Below are positions 1 to 10,287 of a stretch of DNA of 64,000 nucleotides, piece by piece. The translations under genes were made by a program, and so were the position numbers. The stretch covers positions 15,105 through 79,104 of the forward strand of contig JAUNGP010000006.1 of the NCBI GenBank assembly GCA_030524345.1. The letters are read 5' to 3'. Source of the DNA: Clostridia bacterium (GTDB lineage: Bacteria; Bacillota; Clostridia; TANB77; CAG-465). Each line of letters begins with the position of its first letter. The first letter of the stretch is position 1. The notes beneath the pieces were generated by a model. The model did not search any database. It was not told the origin of the DNA and worked only from the letters and a program-made list of their open reading frames with translations.

Positions 1-453
1 ATGAGAAGGCATCTGAAAGGAGTATTGACCCTGCAACTTGTATGCCGGGCACAGACCGTATTAGACGTGTTTAAAGCGCCTAAAAGAGCTGCAAATATCT
101 ATGAAAAAATGGTGTCATTTGTATGCTTTATAGCTAGAACAGATGCAATTAACATGGAAAATCATGAAGATAAAAGGTGGAAGTTTTCCACAAGAGCATT
201 TCATTCTGATGAATTCTATAATGCGGTAGAGGAAATTTTGGATACCTTAACCAAAGGAACTGATAGAATACAGTATTTTTTGGTAAAGACAGTAAATGAA
301 CTGACCAAAAAGCCAGTACTTGCCTTTACAATAAAAGATGAGAGTGAATTTGATGCAATTGAAGGTAACCTCATTTCGAATTATATTGTAGATTTTAGTC
401 ATTTGGGAGCGGAGAACTATATTGACAAGATTAAAAGTTTAAAAGCAAAATGA
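1..453 (+). CDS. hypothetical protein, C-terminal part (5' end outside window)
   Basis: The ORF is open from the window edge; no motif recognised. Confidence 0.4.
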   Translation: MRRHLKGVLTLQLVCRAQTVLDVFKAPKRAANIYEKMVSFVCFIARTDAINMENHEDKRWKFSTRAFHSDEFYNAVEEILDTLTKGTDRIQYFLVKTVNELTKKPVLAFTIKDESEFDAIEGNLISNYIVDFSHLGAENYIDKIKSLKAK

Positions 454-723
454 ATCAAATTGCGGTGGCCCTATGGCCACTTTTTTTTCGCAAATTTTTT
501 TCTTAAATATGATTTTTTTGTCATTTATGCTTAAAATACTTGATATATTTTTCGTTTTAATGTATAATTTAGATGTATATATGGTATTAATTTAATTTGA
601 AAGAAATTAATTTACATAATATGCAAGAGACAATCTAACATGATAATATAATAAAATTATTGGTTTATGTGAGATATATAAATGTTGGACATTGAAAAAG
701 GAATATTTAAGGAGGAAAAAGAT

Positions 724-2271
724 ATGGTAGGTATAATCATTACTGCAGTAATAGCATTTTCCTTGGGAAGTGTGATTTTTTTCTTTGCTGGAATCAAGTA
801 TAGGAAAAAGATTGCTGAATCTACAGTAATATCTGCTGAAAAGCAAGCAGAAAAAATTATAGAAGATAGTAAAATCGATGCAGAGAGATTAAAAAAAGAT
901 GCTATTTTACAAGCAAAAGATGAAATGTTAAAGCAAAAAGATGAATTTGAAAAGGAAGCAAAGCTTAGGAAGAAAGAATTACAAGAGACTGAGAATAGAA
1001 TCAATCAAAGACAAGATTTGGTTGATAAGAGGGCAGCTTTAATAGAAGAAAAAGAAAATAACATTATTAAGAAAAATGATGAAATAGCAAAAAAAGAAAA
1101 AGATCTTCAAAATGCTAAGCAAAGAGAAATTGAAGAACTTAGTAAAATAGCTAAAATGACAGTAGATGAAGCAAAAGAGAATATGATGTCAAAATTAGAA
1201 GATGATATGAAATCAGATATGGCTACATATGTTAGAACTGAAACGGAAAAAGCAAAAGAAGAAGTAGAGAAAAAAGCAAGAGAAATTCTTGTTGGAGCAA
1301 TACAAAAGTGTGCTACAGATCATACTTCAGAAGCTACTGTCACAGTTGTATCTTTACCAAATGATGATTTAAAAGGAAGAATTATTGGTAGAGAGGGAAG
1401 AAATATAAAGACAATTGAAACATTGACAGGAATTGATTTAATTATTGATGATACTCCAGATGTTATAGTATTGTCAAGCTTTGACCCTATTAGAAGAGAA
1501 GTAGCAAGAATCGCTTTGGAAAGGCTTATTGCAGATGGAAGAATACATCCTGGAAAGATTGAAGAAATGATAGAAAAAGCAAAATCTGAAGTGGAAAATA
1601 CAATTAAAGAAGAAGGAGAAAGAGCATTATATGAGACAGGAGTAATGGATGTTCATCCTGATTTAGTAAAATTACTTGGAAAGTTAAAATACAGAACAAG
1701 TTATGGTCAAAATGTACTTAACCATTCTATCGAAGTATCAAACCTAGCTGGAACTTTGGCGATTGAATTGGGACTTGATCCAACAATTGCTAAAAGGGCT
1801 GGCTTATTACATGATATAGGAAAATCATTTGATCATGATGTAGAAGGTACACATGTTAGCTTAGGTATAGAATTACTAAAAAAATATAAAGAAAAAGATG
1901 AAGTTATTTGGGGAATGGAAGCGCATCATGGTGATACTGAACCGAAAACAATTGAGGCAATTTTAGTTCAAGCAGCAGATATTATATCTGCGTCTAGACC
2001 GGGTGCTAGAAAAGAAACTGTTAGTGCATATATTAAGAGACTACAAAAACTAGAAGAAATATGTGATTCTTATAAAGGTGTTGATAAATCTTATGCAATA
2101 CAAGCAGGTCGTGAAGTAAGAATCATAGTAAAGCCTGAACAAGTAGATGACGACTCAATAGTACTAATGGCTAGAAATGTGGCAAAGCAAATTGAAGAAG
2201 AAATGATTTATCCAGGACAAATCAAAGTGAATGTAATCCGTGAAACTAGAGCAATCGAACTTGCTAAATAA
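724..2271 (+). CDS. rny: ribonuclease Y
   Basis: N-terminal TM helix, long coiled-coil, KH motif ([22 protein letters not shown]) and HD domain (LLHDIGK...HH). Start chosen at the ATG with AGGAGG at 8 nt spacing rather than the first ATG at 682. Confidence 0.9.
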   Translation: MVGIIITAVIAFSLGSVIFFFAGIKYRKKIAESTVISAEKQAEKIIEDSKIDAERLKKDAILQAKDEMLKQKDEFEKEAKLRKKELQETENRINQRQDLVDKRAALIEEKENNIIKKNDEIAKKEKDLQNAKQREIEELSKIAKMTVDEAKENMMSKLEDDMKSDMATYVRTETEKAKEEVEKKAREILVGAIQKCATDHTSEATVTVVSLPNDDLKGRIIGREGRNIKTIETLTGIDLIIDDTPDVIVLSSFDPIRREVARIALERLIADGRIHPGKIEEMIEKAKSEVENTIKEEGERALYETGVMDVHPDLVKLLGKLKYRTSYGQNVLNHSIEVSNLAGTLAIELGLDPTIAKRAGLLHDIGKSFDHDVEGTHVSLGIELLKKYKEKDEVIWGMEAHHGDTEPKTIEAILVQAADIISASRPGARKETVSAYIKRLQKLEEICDSYKGVDKSYAIQAGREVRIIVKPEQVDDDSIVLMARNVAKQIEEEMIYPGQIKVNVIRETRAIELAK

Positions 2272-2350
2272 AAAATGAGGGCGCTAAGGTGTAAAAGTAA
2301 CATCTTGGTGTCTTTTTGTTTTTATGATAAGCATATTCAGATATACATAT

Positions 2351-2526
2351 TTGACATAATATGAAAAAAAGTGATATAATATAAATATGAATATATAAAT
2401 TAAGTCTCTACAAATTTTAGGGAACTGGTATCCCTTTATATTGTGTAGAACTTTATTTATTTACCATTTTAGGTAGCAAAAAAATAGAAAGGACTCCCAA
2501 GTTATAAAGGGAAAAATGGTGTTATT
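2351..2526 (+). promoter_or_regulatory. promoter plus structured 5' leader, family copy 0
   Basis: TTGACA (2351) and TGnTATAAT (2375-2380). A hairpin at about 2405-2451 (TCTACAA..AGGGA-actggta-TCCCT..TTGTGTAGA) is followed by a U-rich tract. An SD-containing hairpin lies just 5' of the ATG. About 80% identical to the copies at 16.0 and 17.5 kb. Confidence 0.6.
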
Positions 2527-2751
2527 ATGAAAAAGTATGATTTCTTTGGTATGAAACAATTTCTGGTAGGAGGTAAAGCTCATCTTGACGGTGAGACAAT
2601 CATTTCACGGTATCTTATAGGAAACCATAAGATCCTCGTTGAGGACAATGACGACAGTTTTCGAGTTACCGTCGATCGTACTACCCGAGTAGTGGATTCA
2701 GAAGAAAAAGTGGAGGGAATCCTCTTAGGAATCTACCTGGTTACCTATTAA
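2527..2751 (+). CDS. small hypothetical protein (74 aa), GC-elevated, leader-controlled
   Basis: ORF directly after the conserved leader. ATG is preceded by the 4-codon uORF ATGGTGTTATTATGA. A 16-bp perfect terminator follows. Confidence 0.5.
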   Translation: MKKYDFFGMKQFLVGGKAHLDGETIISRYLIGNHKILVEDNDDSFRVTVDRTTRVVDSEEKVEGILLGIYLVTY

Positions 2752-2756
2752 AATGA

Positions 2757-2810
2757 ACACCTTTAAATGTTAGAGAAAATTTTATTTAACATTTAAAGGT
2801 GTATTTTTTG
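2757..2810 (+). terminator. rho-independent terminator
   Basis: 16-bp perfect stem (acacctttaaatgtta / taacatttaaaggtgt) followed by TTTTTTG. Confidence 0.8.
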
Positions 2811-2937
2811 CCTATTTATATATAATATATATTATTTGTGAATTACATATAATTGCTTGCTAAAAGAAATTTTCTCTAAGTATCGATAATTGGTATTAAT
2901 TGGAAAAAAAGACAAATAATAAATTTAGGGTGATGAT

Positions 2938-3897
2938 ATGAAAATTGGAATTCCAAAAGCATTATATTATTATGAATATCCAATCCTTTTTAAAAGTTTT
3001 TTTGAAGCACTTGGAATAGAAGTTGTACTAAGCGATGATACAAATAAAAAAACTTTAGAGGAGGGAATTAGTAAATCAATTGATGAAGAATGCTTAGCAA
3101 GTAAAATATTTTTAGGTCATGTCAATAATTTGGTTAGCAGAATGCAAAGTGAAAGTATAGATTATATTTTTGTACCAAGACTTTGTACTTTTAAGGATAA
3201 GAAAACAATATGTGTGAAATTCTATGCTTTATATGATATTTGTAATAACATATTTAACGCAAATTTTATTACTTTAAATATCGATTATGAAAAGGGAGAA
3301 AATGAGTTAAAATCTTTTATGTGTTTAGGTAAAAAGTTAGGAAAAGGAGTAAGAGAGACTTTCATAGCATACACTTCTGCGAAAAAAAGACAAAAAGAAT
3401 ATGAAATTTTTAGATTAACTAAACAGATGAAAGAGATGAGAACTACAAATAATATGAAAATACTATTGGTATCTCATCCATATATATATAATGATCGTTA
3501 TCTTGGAGATACAATTAAGGGGTATTTAAAAAAGCTTGGTATTGATGTATTCTTTGCAGATATTAATTGTTCTAGTATTCAAAGAAGTGAATCAAAAAAG
3601 ATGAGATATAAAAATATATCAAAAAGTATATATTGGAAACAAAGCATTCATTTACTAAATGGAGTAGAAGAGTATTTAAGATGTGTAGATGGGATCATAT
3701 ATTTATCTGTATTTCCATGTGGCACTGATTCTCTTGTGAATGAGCTGGCTATCAGAAAGGTAAAAGATATACCAAGTCTTAATATTATACTGGATGAAGA
3801 AGATGGAATGGCAGGAATATATACAAGGCTTGAGAGTTTTATTGATATATTAGAAAGCAAAATAGAAAGAAGTGAGATTGAATATGCAAAAAGATAA
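2938..3897 (+). CDS. 2-hydroxyacyl-CoA dehydratase family protein (activase-associated domain)
   Basis: First gene of a three-gene operon with overlapping stop/start codons. Its neighbours are an HgdB/D-component-like gene and a BadF/BcrA-type activase. Family call from composition and context; moderate confidence. Confidence 0.5.
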   Translation: MKIGIPKALYYYEYPILFKSFFEALGIEVVLSDDTNKKTLEEGISKSIDEECLASKIFLGHVNNLVSRMQSESIDYIFVPRLCTFKDKKTICVKFYALYDICNNIFNANFITLNIDYEKGENELKSFMCLGKKLGKGVRETFIAYTSAKKRQKEYEIFRLTKQMKEMRTTNNMKILLVSHPYIYNDRYLGDTIKGYLKKLGIDVFFADINCSSIQRSESKKMRYKNISKSIYWKQSIHLLNGVEEYLRCVDGIIYLSVFPCGTDSLVNELAIRKVKDIPSLNIILDEEDGMAGIYTRLESFIDILESKIERSEIEYAKR

Positions 3898-5002
3898 AAA
3901 GTTTGTTGTTAGTTTTCCTCATATTGGAAATTACTATATTCCTATCTATAATTTATTAAAAAAATTAATTGATGAAGAAACAACAAGGATTTTAATCCCA
4001 GAGAAAATGAGTAAAAATACAATAGATGTAGGGAGCAAATCGAGTCCCGAGTTTATATGTATTCCTTTTAAATATAATATGGGAAATTATATTGAGTCCT
4101 TAAATAGAGGCGCAAATGTATTGATACAAGCCGGTGGAGGATGTAGATATGGATATTATGCTGAAATACAAGAGCAAATCCTAAGGGATATGGGGTATAA
4201 ATTTACCTATATTACATTACTCGATCCAGAGGGGATTAATATTTTAAATGTATATCATAAGTTTCATTCAATTAATCCTAAATTAAAATTGAAGGATTTT
4301 GTTAGCTATTTTTTATTTACCATTAAAGTAATTCACATTTTAGATGAATTTGAGACGTATATTAGAGAAAATATGGTGTTTGAAAAAGAGAAAGGAAATT
4401 TAGAAAAAATACATCAATCTTTTTTAGAGGAATTAAAAAATGTTAACTCATATAAGGAGTTATATTTTATCAAAAATAAATATTTTAAGCTTGCCAAAAG
4501 TGTTCGAAAAGAGGATAACCAGGAAAATTACATTAAAATAGGAATTGTTGGAGAGCTATATACCTCTATGGAGCCATTTTCTAGTCTTTTTTTAGAAAAA
4601 GAACTGGCTACCATGGGGTGCCTTACGAAAAGATATACTACAGTAACATATTTATTATTTGAAAAAGGAAAAGCACAAAATAAATTGTTAAATAAGGCGA
4701 GTAAATATGTAAATTATGCACTTGGTGCTGACGGACTTGAAAGTATTGCGCATACATTAGAACTGATCAATGATGGCTATGATGGAATTATCCATATTAA
4801 GCCATTTGGATGCACCCCTGAAATTAATGCAATGCCAATTTTACAAAAGATCAGCCAAGATGAAAACATACCAATTATTTATTTTACTTTTGATTCGCAA
4901 ACTAGTGAAGTAGGTATAAAAACAAGACTGGAAGCATTTTATGATATGCTAGTTATGAGAAAAGAAAATTTAAATCGTAATGGGAGGGAGATATATGGAT
5001 AA
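3884..5002 (+). CDS. 2-hydroxyglutaryl-CoA dehydratase D-component-like protein
   Basis: Overlaps the upstream gene by about 14 nt and the downstream activase by 8 nt. Resembles the HgdB-like subunit family (uncertain). Confidence 0.5.
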   Translation: MQKDKKFVVSFPHIGNYYIPIYNLLKKLIDEETTRILIPEKMSKNTIDVGSKSSPEFICIPFKYNMGNYIESLNRGANVLIQAGGGCRYGYYAEIQEQILRDMGYKFTYITLLDPEGINILNVYHKFHSINPKLKLKDFVSYFLFTIKVIHILDEFETYIRENMVFEKEKGNLEKIHQSFLEELKNVNSYKELYFIKNKYFKLAKSVRKEDNQENYIKIGIVGELYTSMEPFSSLFLEKELATMGCLTKRYTTVTYLLFEKGKAQNKLLNKASKYVNYALGADGLESIAHTLELINDGYDGIIHIKPFGCTPEINAMPILQKISQDENIPIIYFTFDSQTSEVGIKTRLEAFYDMLVMRKENLNRNGREIYG

Positions 5003-5966
5003 GTATTATATTGGTATAGATATCGGTTCTATATCTACAAAAGCGGTAATGATAAATCAAGATAGAAAAATCATAGCAAGTGAATATCTTTGGACAGAAG
5101 GAAATCCCATAGAAGCTACCAAAAAAGTTATTACAAAACTGAAGGAGAAAATGCCAATAAAAAATCCTAAAATATATGGTGTTGGGACAACTGGATCAGC
5201 TAGAAACCTTGTGGGAAGTGTAGTGGGAGCAAATATCATAAAAAATGAGATTACTGCACATGCCATTGGAACATTGTCTATCTATCCTGATGTTAGGACA
5301 ATTCTTGAAATTGGTGGTCAGGATTCTAAAATTATTATATTAAATCAGGGAATTGTAGTAGATTATGCCATGAATACATTATGCGCAGCAGGCACTGGTG
5401 CATTTTTATCTTCACAATCTAAAAGGCTTGGAATTGATATTAGTGATATGGGAGATATTGCATTAAGTTCCAAAAACCCATCTAAAATAGCTGCAAGGTG
5501 TACCGTGTTTGCAGAGTCTGATCTTGTTCATAAAGCCCAAATTGGTCATAAAAAAGAAGATTTGGTTGCAGGTCTTTGTAATTCAGTAGTGAAAAACTAC
5601 TTAAATAATCTATCTAGGGGTAAAAAAATTAAAGATAGAGTTGTATTTCAAGGTGGAGTGAGCAAAAATAAAGGGGTAATAAAGGCATTTGAAAATGAGC
5701 TTGATACTCAAATATTTGTAGATGAAAATTCACATTTAATGGGAGCATTAGGAATTGCAATATTATCTCAAAAAGCAAATAAAGAAGAAAAAGAGTTAGC
5801 ATTTGATTTTAATATCCAAGATATAGATTTTAAGACACTTGGTGTAGAGTGTAAAGGTTGTAGCAATAACTGTGAAATAGTTTATATTTATAAAAATGGA
5901 AATGTGATCGATAAAATGGGCGGTAGATGTGAAAAATTCAATTTGGTTGAAGCAAAGAGTAGTTAA
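4995..5966 (+). CDS. CoA-substrate-specific enzyme activase (BadF/BadG/BcrA/BcrD ATPase family, HgdC-like)
   Basis: N-terminus YIGIDIGSISTKAVMIN (ASKHA phosphate-1 motif). CAAGTGAF motif. C-terminal Cys cluster. SD GGAGGGAG 5 nt upstream of ATG. Confidence 0.8.
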   Translation: MDKYYIGIDIGSISTKAVMINQDRKIIASEYLWTEGNPIEATKKVITKLKEKMPIKNPKIYGVGTTGSARNLVGSVVGANIIKNEITAHAIGTLSIYPDVRTILEIGGQDSKIIILNQGIVVDYAMNTLCAAGTGAFLSSQSKRLGIDISDMGDIALSSKNPSKIAARCTVFAESDLVHKAQIGHKKEDLVAGLCNSVVKNYLNNLSRGKKIKDRVVFQGGVSKNKGVIKAFENELDTQIFVDENSHLMGALGIAILSQKANKEEKELAFDFNIQDIDFKTLGVECKGCSNNCEIVYIYKNGNVIDKMGGRCEKFNLVEAKSS

Positions 5967-6159
5967 TTTATATAATATACATTATTTGTGAATTACAATA
6001 AAACACTTTCAAAAAAGAAATCTCCCTAAAATCAAGTCATGTCTTATTACTTGACACTTTCTTAGATCGTATGTTATAATAAAATTAAGAAAGAGAATAA
6101 ATACTCAATAACTATTTGAGCATGGTCTCAAAATATTATTTCAAGGGGGTGTTGCCATT

Positions 6160-6318
6160 ATGAGGCATGACTTTGATAGATTGGAATTACCTTTCATTAT
6201 GATAAATGATGAGGTAATACAAAAAAATAAAGTTGAAATAGTAGATGAGAAAAATGGATTTAAAATTGAAGCAGCAGTATTTACTATAAGTAGATTAATA
6301 GATGGTTGTATGGAATAA
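6160..6318 (+). CDS. small hypothetical protein (52 aa)
   Basis: ATG preceded by AAGGGGGTG. Not in the ORF track (<60 aa). The antisense 60-aa ORF in the track is probably spurious. Confidence 0.35.
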   Translation: MRHDFDRLELPFIMINDEVIQKNKVEIVDEKNGFKIEAAVFTISRLIDGCME

Positions 6319-6408
6319 TACAACCTTTTTTCTTGTCTTTCAAAAGAAGTTGTGATATAATGTTAACATAAAGTTCAAAGTGCTAGACACAATTGTGAAA
6401 GGAGAAAC

Positions 6409-7056
6409 ATGATGAAAATATTTTTGATTAGACATGGAGAGTCTATTGCTAACGTTGGAGAAAATTATAAAGAGCGTATATTAGACTCTAAAGTAACTTT
6501 AACCGAAAACGGTATTCATCAGGCATTGGTAGCCGGCAGATGGCTAAAAGAGTATTGTGATATTAATGGTATTGATCTAAATCAAGCGGTAATCTGGAGA
6601 AGTCCTTATAAGCGTACAATCCAAACCTGTGATGCGTTTAATCAAAGCTTGAAGATTAAACGAATAAAAGAAGATGTTACTTTAGTAGAACAGCGCTTTG
6701 GCTTGTTTGATTGCATTCCGGATGAAGAATTGCCAAAAATTTATCCTGTAGAGTTCGAAGAATTTCAGCGTCAAAAGAAAAATGGCGGAAAATTTTTTGC
6801 TAAACCTCCTATGGGTGAAGCTCCATATGATGTAGCGATCAGAATCCATCAATTTTTTGGTACCATTCGAAGAGATTATGAAAAACATGGCACAGATACA
6901 TTGTTTGTTTTTACTCATGGAACAACATTAAGATGTTTTTTAATGCGCTATTTTCATTATACTCTGGACTGGTACGAGGCAGAACATAACCCTAAAAATT
7001 GTTGGGTCCGTCTAATTGATGGTGATAAGGATATGGGATATATTTATAACCAGTAA
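6409..7056 (+). CDS. histidine phosphatase family protein (phosphoglycerate-mutase-like)
   Basis: N-terminal LIRHGES (RHG catalytic motif) and a downstream HG motif. Confidence 0.8.
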   Translation: MMKIFLIRHGESIANVGENYKERILDSKVTLTENGIHQALVAGRWLKEYCDINGIDLNQAVIWRSPYKRTIQTCDAFNQSLKIKRIKEDVTLVEQRFGLFDCIPDEELPKIYPVEFEEFQRQKKNGGKFFAKPPMGEAPYDVAIRIHQFFGTIRRDYEKHGTDTLFVFTHGTTLRCFLMRYFHYTLDWYEAEHNPKNCWVRLIDGDKDMGYIYNQ

Positions 7057-7163
7057 TGTGTTTTAAACACTCACTAAAATTAATAGTGAGTGTTTTTTTG
7101 TTGACTTTCTTAAAATTTGTGATATAATAAGCACACTATAAAAATTAAAGGAGGTATATAATT

Positions 7164-7814
7164 ATGCCAGGAATTTGTTATCATGTATATTATGCAACAT
7201 TAGTAAAAAATTATTTGTGTCTTGCAGAGGATAAAGTAAAAAGGTTCTATGAGGGAAACTTCATTCCTGATATGTTTGGAAAGGAAGGGAAAAACCGAAC
7301 TCATATGTATATTCCTTATACTTATGGTTTTACTGTTCCGGACATGGATAGAATTTTTGGGATTTGTAGGCCACATTTTGAAAATCCAATTGTGTTAGGT
7401 ATTTATTCTCATTTATATCTTGATGATCGATTTATCAGAGAGTTTCTGGTTCCATCTTTTGACTGGAATGTGGAAAAGGGAGTCATTACAAATCCAAAGA
7501 CAGGATATACCGCAACAAAAGAAGAGTTCTTTGGTAGTAAAGATACCGGCCTTTATGGTGCATATACTTCAATCAATCCACTCCTTATCAAAGAATGTAA
7601 CTTAGATATTGAAAGTATACCTGAAAAACTCGAAATGTCTGGTATTGAAATTTATGATGTAGGTAGGAGAGAAAAAACTTGGAAGGAAGAACTGAATGGT
7701 TATTTAGCACAAAGTATCCCATACACAGGCGAAATTCTTGATTATCAGGAACTTACTTCTAAAATAAGAGGATTTGCTCTTGACCTGGCTACAGAATTAA
7801 GTAAAATTTTATAA
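7164..7814 (+). CDS. hypothetical protein
   Basis: ORF with promoter and SD (AAAGGAGG). Followed by a terminator hairpin at about 7825-7860. Confidence 0.5.
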   Translation: MPGICYHVYYATLVKNYLCLAEDKVKRFYEGNFIPDMFGKEGKNRTHMYIPYTYGFTVPDMDRIFGICRPHFENPIVLGIYSHLYLDDRFIREFLVPSFDWNVEKGVITNPKTGYTATKEEFFGSKDTGLYGAYTSINPLLIKECNLDIESIPEKLEMSGIEIYDVGRREKTWKEELNGYLAQSIPYTGEILDYQELTSKIRGFALDLATELSKIL

Positions 7815-7824
7815 TTTCAAAAGG

Positions 7825-7860
7825 GGGCTCCACACTGATTATGTGGAGCTCTTTATATAT
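7825..7860 (+). terminator. rho-independent terminator
   Basis: gctccaca / tgtggagc 8-bp stem followed by a T-rich tract. The 7841 ATG of the ORF-track model lies inside this hairpin. Confidence 0.7.
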
Positions 7861-7918
7861 ATATCTTGATTTTATTCTTGTTTTATTATATAATTTCTAC
7901 GTTAGGGGGAAATTTGAA

Positions 7919-8704
7919 TTGAAAGTTTTAATTGTAGGAGATGTAGTAGGTAGAAATGGCCTTAATAGATTAAAAATAGAATTAGATCATTTACTAAAAG
8001 AGGAAAAAATAGACTTTTGTATAGTAAATGGAGAAAATTCAGCAAGTGGAAGAGGAATAAGAGTAAAAGAATACAATGAAATCATGGAAGATGGGGCAGA
8101 TGCTATCACTATGGGGAATCATATATATTATAGAAAAGAGATGGCATCACAGTACATAAAACTCTCAAGACTTGTAATACCTGCTAATGTAACAAATCTT
8201 AATGGACATGGGTATGTGATAATTGAAAAAAATGGTATTAAATTTTGTGTGATTAATCTAATTGGAAAATTTGGAATGGGTGATATGTTTGAAAAAAATA
8301 CTATTAGTCCATTTGATGAGGTAACAAAAATTCTTGAGAAAATCAAAAATGAGCATGTAGATTATATTTTTGTAGATTTTCATGCAGAAGCAACTGCCGA
8401 AAAAATCGCTATGGGATATTTTTTAGAGGATAAAGTAAGTTGTGTATTTGGGACACATACGCATGTTCAAACAGCAGATGAAAGAATTTCTGAGAGTGGA
8501 ATGGCGTATATAACCGATGTTGGAATGACAGGTCCAACAAATAGTGTAATTGGACTTAAAAAAGAAATTGCTTTAACTAGATTTGTAAAAGGGGAATACG
8601 CAAGATATGAATGTAGTGGAGAAGAAGCAATATTTAATGCTATTATAGTAGAATATGATGACAAAACAAAGAAAGCCATCCATATTAGAAGAATTAATCA
8701 ATAA
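7919..8704 (+). CDS. ymdB: YmdB-like metallophosphoesterase (2',3'-cyclic-nucleotide phosphodiesterase family, TIGR00282)
   Basis: KVLIVGDVVGRNG...NGEN metallophosphatase motifs and an HAE motif. TTG start with GGGGGA SD preferred over the in-terminator ATG at 7841. Confidence 0.75.
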   Translation: MKVLIVGDVVGRNGLNRLKIELDHLLKEEKIDFCIVNGENSASGRGIRVKEYNEIMEDGADAITMGNHIYYRKEMASQYIKLSRLVIPANVTNLNGHGYVIIEKNGIKFCVINLIGKFGMGDMFEKNTISPFDEVTKILEKIKNEHVDYIFVDFHAEATAEKIAMGYFLEDKVSCVFGTHTHVQTADERISESGMAYITDVGMTGPTNSVIGLKKEIALTRFVKGEYARYECSGEEAIFNAIIVEYDDKTKKAIHIRRINQ

Positions 8705-8760
8705 CAATAGTAACTAAAAAGAACTTTTATTAATATGATATATCAAGTGTGGTGATATTA

Positions 8761-9282
8761 ATGAAAGCTTTTTTTAAGAGTATATATGATGATGCAGAAA
8801 ATATGTTAAAGAAGGATCCAGCAGCCACTAACATTTTTTCTGTTATTTTATTATATCCAGGATTTCATGCAATCTTGATACATAGACTCACGCATCTTTT
8901 ATACCGTAAACATTTGTTCTTTATAGCTAGAGCTATCTCACAACTTACCAGATTTTTTACAGGAATTGAAATACACCCTGGAGCCAAAATTGGAAAGCGA
9001 TTATTTATTGATCATGGCATGGGAATTGTTATTGGTGAAACCGCTATTATTGGGGATGATTGCACTATATATCATCAAGTTACTTTAGGTGGAACAGGAA
9101 AAGAAGCCAAAAAGAGACATCCTACGATAGGAAATGATGTGGTGATCGGATGTGGAAGTAAAGTACTTGGAAATATAACTATTGGAAATCATGTAAAAAT
9201 CGGGGCTAATTCTGTTGTATTAAAAGATATACCAGATCATTCAACTGCAGTTGGAATACCATGTAAAATAATCAAGCGTTGA
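8761..9282 (+). CDS. cysE: serine O-acetyltransferase
   Basis: Left-handed beta-helix hexapeptide repeats ([38 protein letters not shown]). Confidence 0.85.
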   Translation: MKAFFKSIYDDAENMLKKDPAATNIFSVILLYPGFHAILIHRLTHLLYRKHLFFIARAISQLTRFFTGIEIHPGAKIGKRLFIDHGMGIVIGETAIIGDDCTIYHQVTLGGTGKEAKKRHPTIGNDVVIGCGSKVLGNITIGNHVKIGANSVVLKDIPDHSTAVGIPCKIIKR

Positions 9283-9356
9283 CATAAAATGAAAGAAATG
9301 ATATAATATGCTCGTTAAAAATAATAATCTAATAAAATTTTTAAAGAGGATAAAAA

Positions 9357-9788
9357 ATGAGTTTTGGTAGTATTTTGAAAGCAGCATCTAGTAATCATGT
9401 AGAAGTAGAGGTATATGAAAAGTTAAAACCATTATTACTTCAGCTTGCAAATGAGCGGGAAAAAGGTTGTAAACTTTTGTTTTTCAATATTAGTGATCTT
9501 GTTATTGAAAAATTAAAAGAGTTGATTCGTAGTGATGATATTTTAGTCCAACAGGATATGATCATTTGGGATGAATCTGCCATTTTAAAGAAAGAGTTTC
9601 CTAAACCCTCTCCGTGTCAAAAATGTTCATTTGAAATGAGAATTGCTTGCTGTGGATGTTCGGAACAACAGGCATGGAAAGAATCCAAAGAAACGGAAAC
9701 CAAAACTGTATATGATGTAGAAAAAGAAATATCAATTACTATGAAAGATAAGGAAATCAGTATACAAATTGAAAAAAGGCGGGAATAA
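9357..9788 (+). CDS. hypothetical protein with C-terminal Cys cluster
   Basis: ORF with SD. CQKCSFEMRIACCGC motif. Confidence 0.45.
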   Translation: MSFGSILKAASSNHVEVEVYEKLKPLLLQLANEREKGCKLLFFNISDLVIEKLKELIRSDDILVQQDMIIWDESAILKKEFPKPSPCQKCSFEMRIACCGCSEQQAWKESKETETKTVYDVEKEISITMKDKEISIQIEKRRE

Positions 9789-9798
9789 TCTCCTGCCT

Positions 9799-10287
9799 TT
9801 AATGATGATACGTTTCATGATTGATCATTTTAAATGCTCTAAATAGTTGTTCTAGTAGAAAGACTCTAATTAATTGATGTGGAAATGTCATGCTTGAAAA
9901 GCATATTTTATTTTCACTTGTATTCAGTAATTCATCGGTCATTCCTAAACTTCCACCAATTACAAATACTAAAGTAGAGGTACCATAAGTGGTTAGGTCT
10001 TCTATTTTTTTGGAAAAAGCATCCGAAGAATATTCTTTTCCTTTTAAATCTAGGAAAAATATAGTACTTTTTCCTATCTTAATTAGTTTTTCTTTTAGTT
10101 TATTACTTTCTATCTGTTTTATTTTTTGAATTTCCGCGTCATTTAAATTTTGTGGTAATTTTTCATCTTCTAGTTCTATTATTTCCATTTTAGCATATTT
10201 TGATAGCCTCTTTAGATATTCATTACAAAGTTCTTTTAAAGCTTTTTCTTTTATTTTTCCAACACATACTATTTTAATACTTAACAT
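9799..10287 (-). CDS. rlmH: 23S rRNA (pseudouridine1915-N3)-methyltransferase RlmH
   Basis: SPOUT family, about 160 aa. N-terminus MLSIKIVCVGKIKEK. Confidence 0.85.
   Translation of the reverse strand: MLSIKIVCVGKIKEKALKELCNEYLKRLSKYAKMEIIELEDEKLPQNLNDAEIQKIKQIESNKLKEKLIKIGKSTIFFLDLKGKEYSSDAFSKKIEDLTTYGTSTLVFVIGGSLGMTDELLNTSENKICFSSMTFPHQLIRVFLLEQLFRAFKMINHETYHH

Noticed and set aside
657-1004. 115-aa antisense ORF inside rny (and similar antisense ORFs inside polA, typA, cas9, clpX and the glucan-synthase genes)
   Set aside because: These are low-complexity translations of the opposite strand of well-supported genes, with no SD. They are typical AT-rich spurious ORFs.
6141-6323. 60-aa minus-strand ORF from the track
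   Set aside because: A plus-strand 52-aa ORF with a strong SD occupies the same interval and is the better model. The minus-strand ORF lacks an SD.
7841-7918. ATG start at 7841 for the YmdB-like gene (ORF-track model)
   Set aside because: This ATG lies inside the terminator hairpin of the upstream gene, and the encoded N-terminus is a hydrophobic artefact. A TTG at 7919 with a GGGGGA SD gives the canonical MKVLIVGD start.
8705-8760. T-box or other riboswitch upstream of cysE
   Set aside because: The intergenic region is about 55 nt and holds only a promoter and SD.
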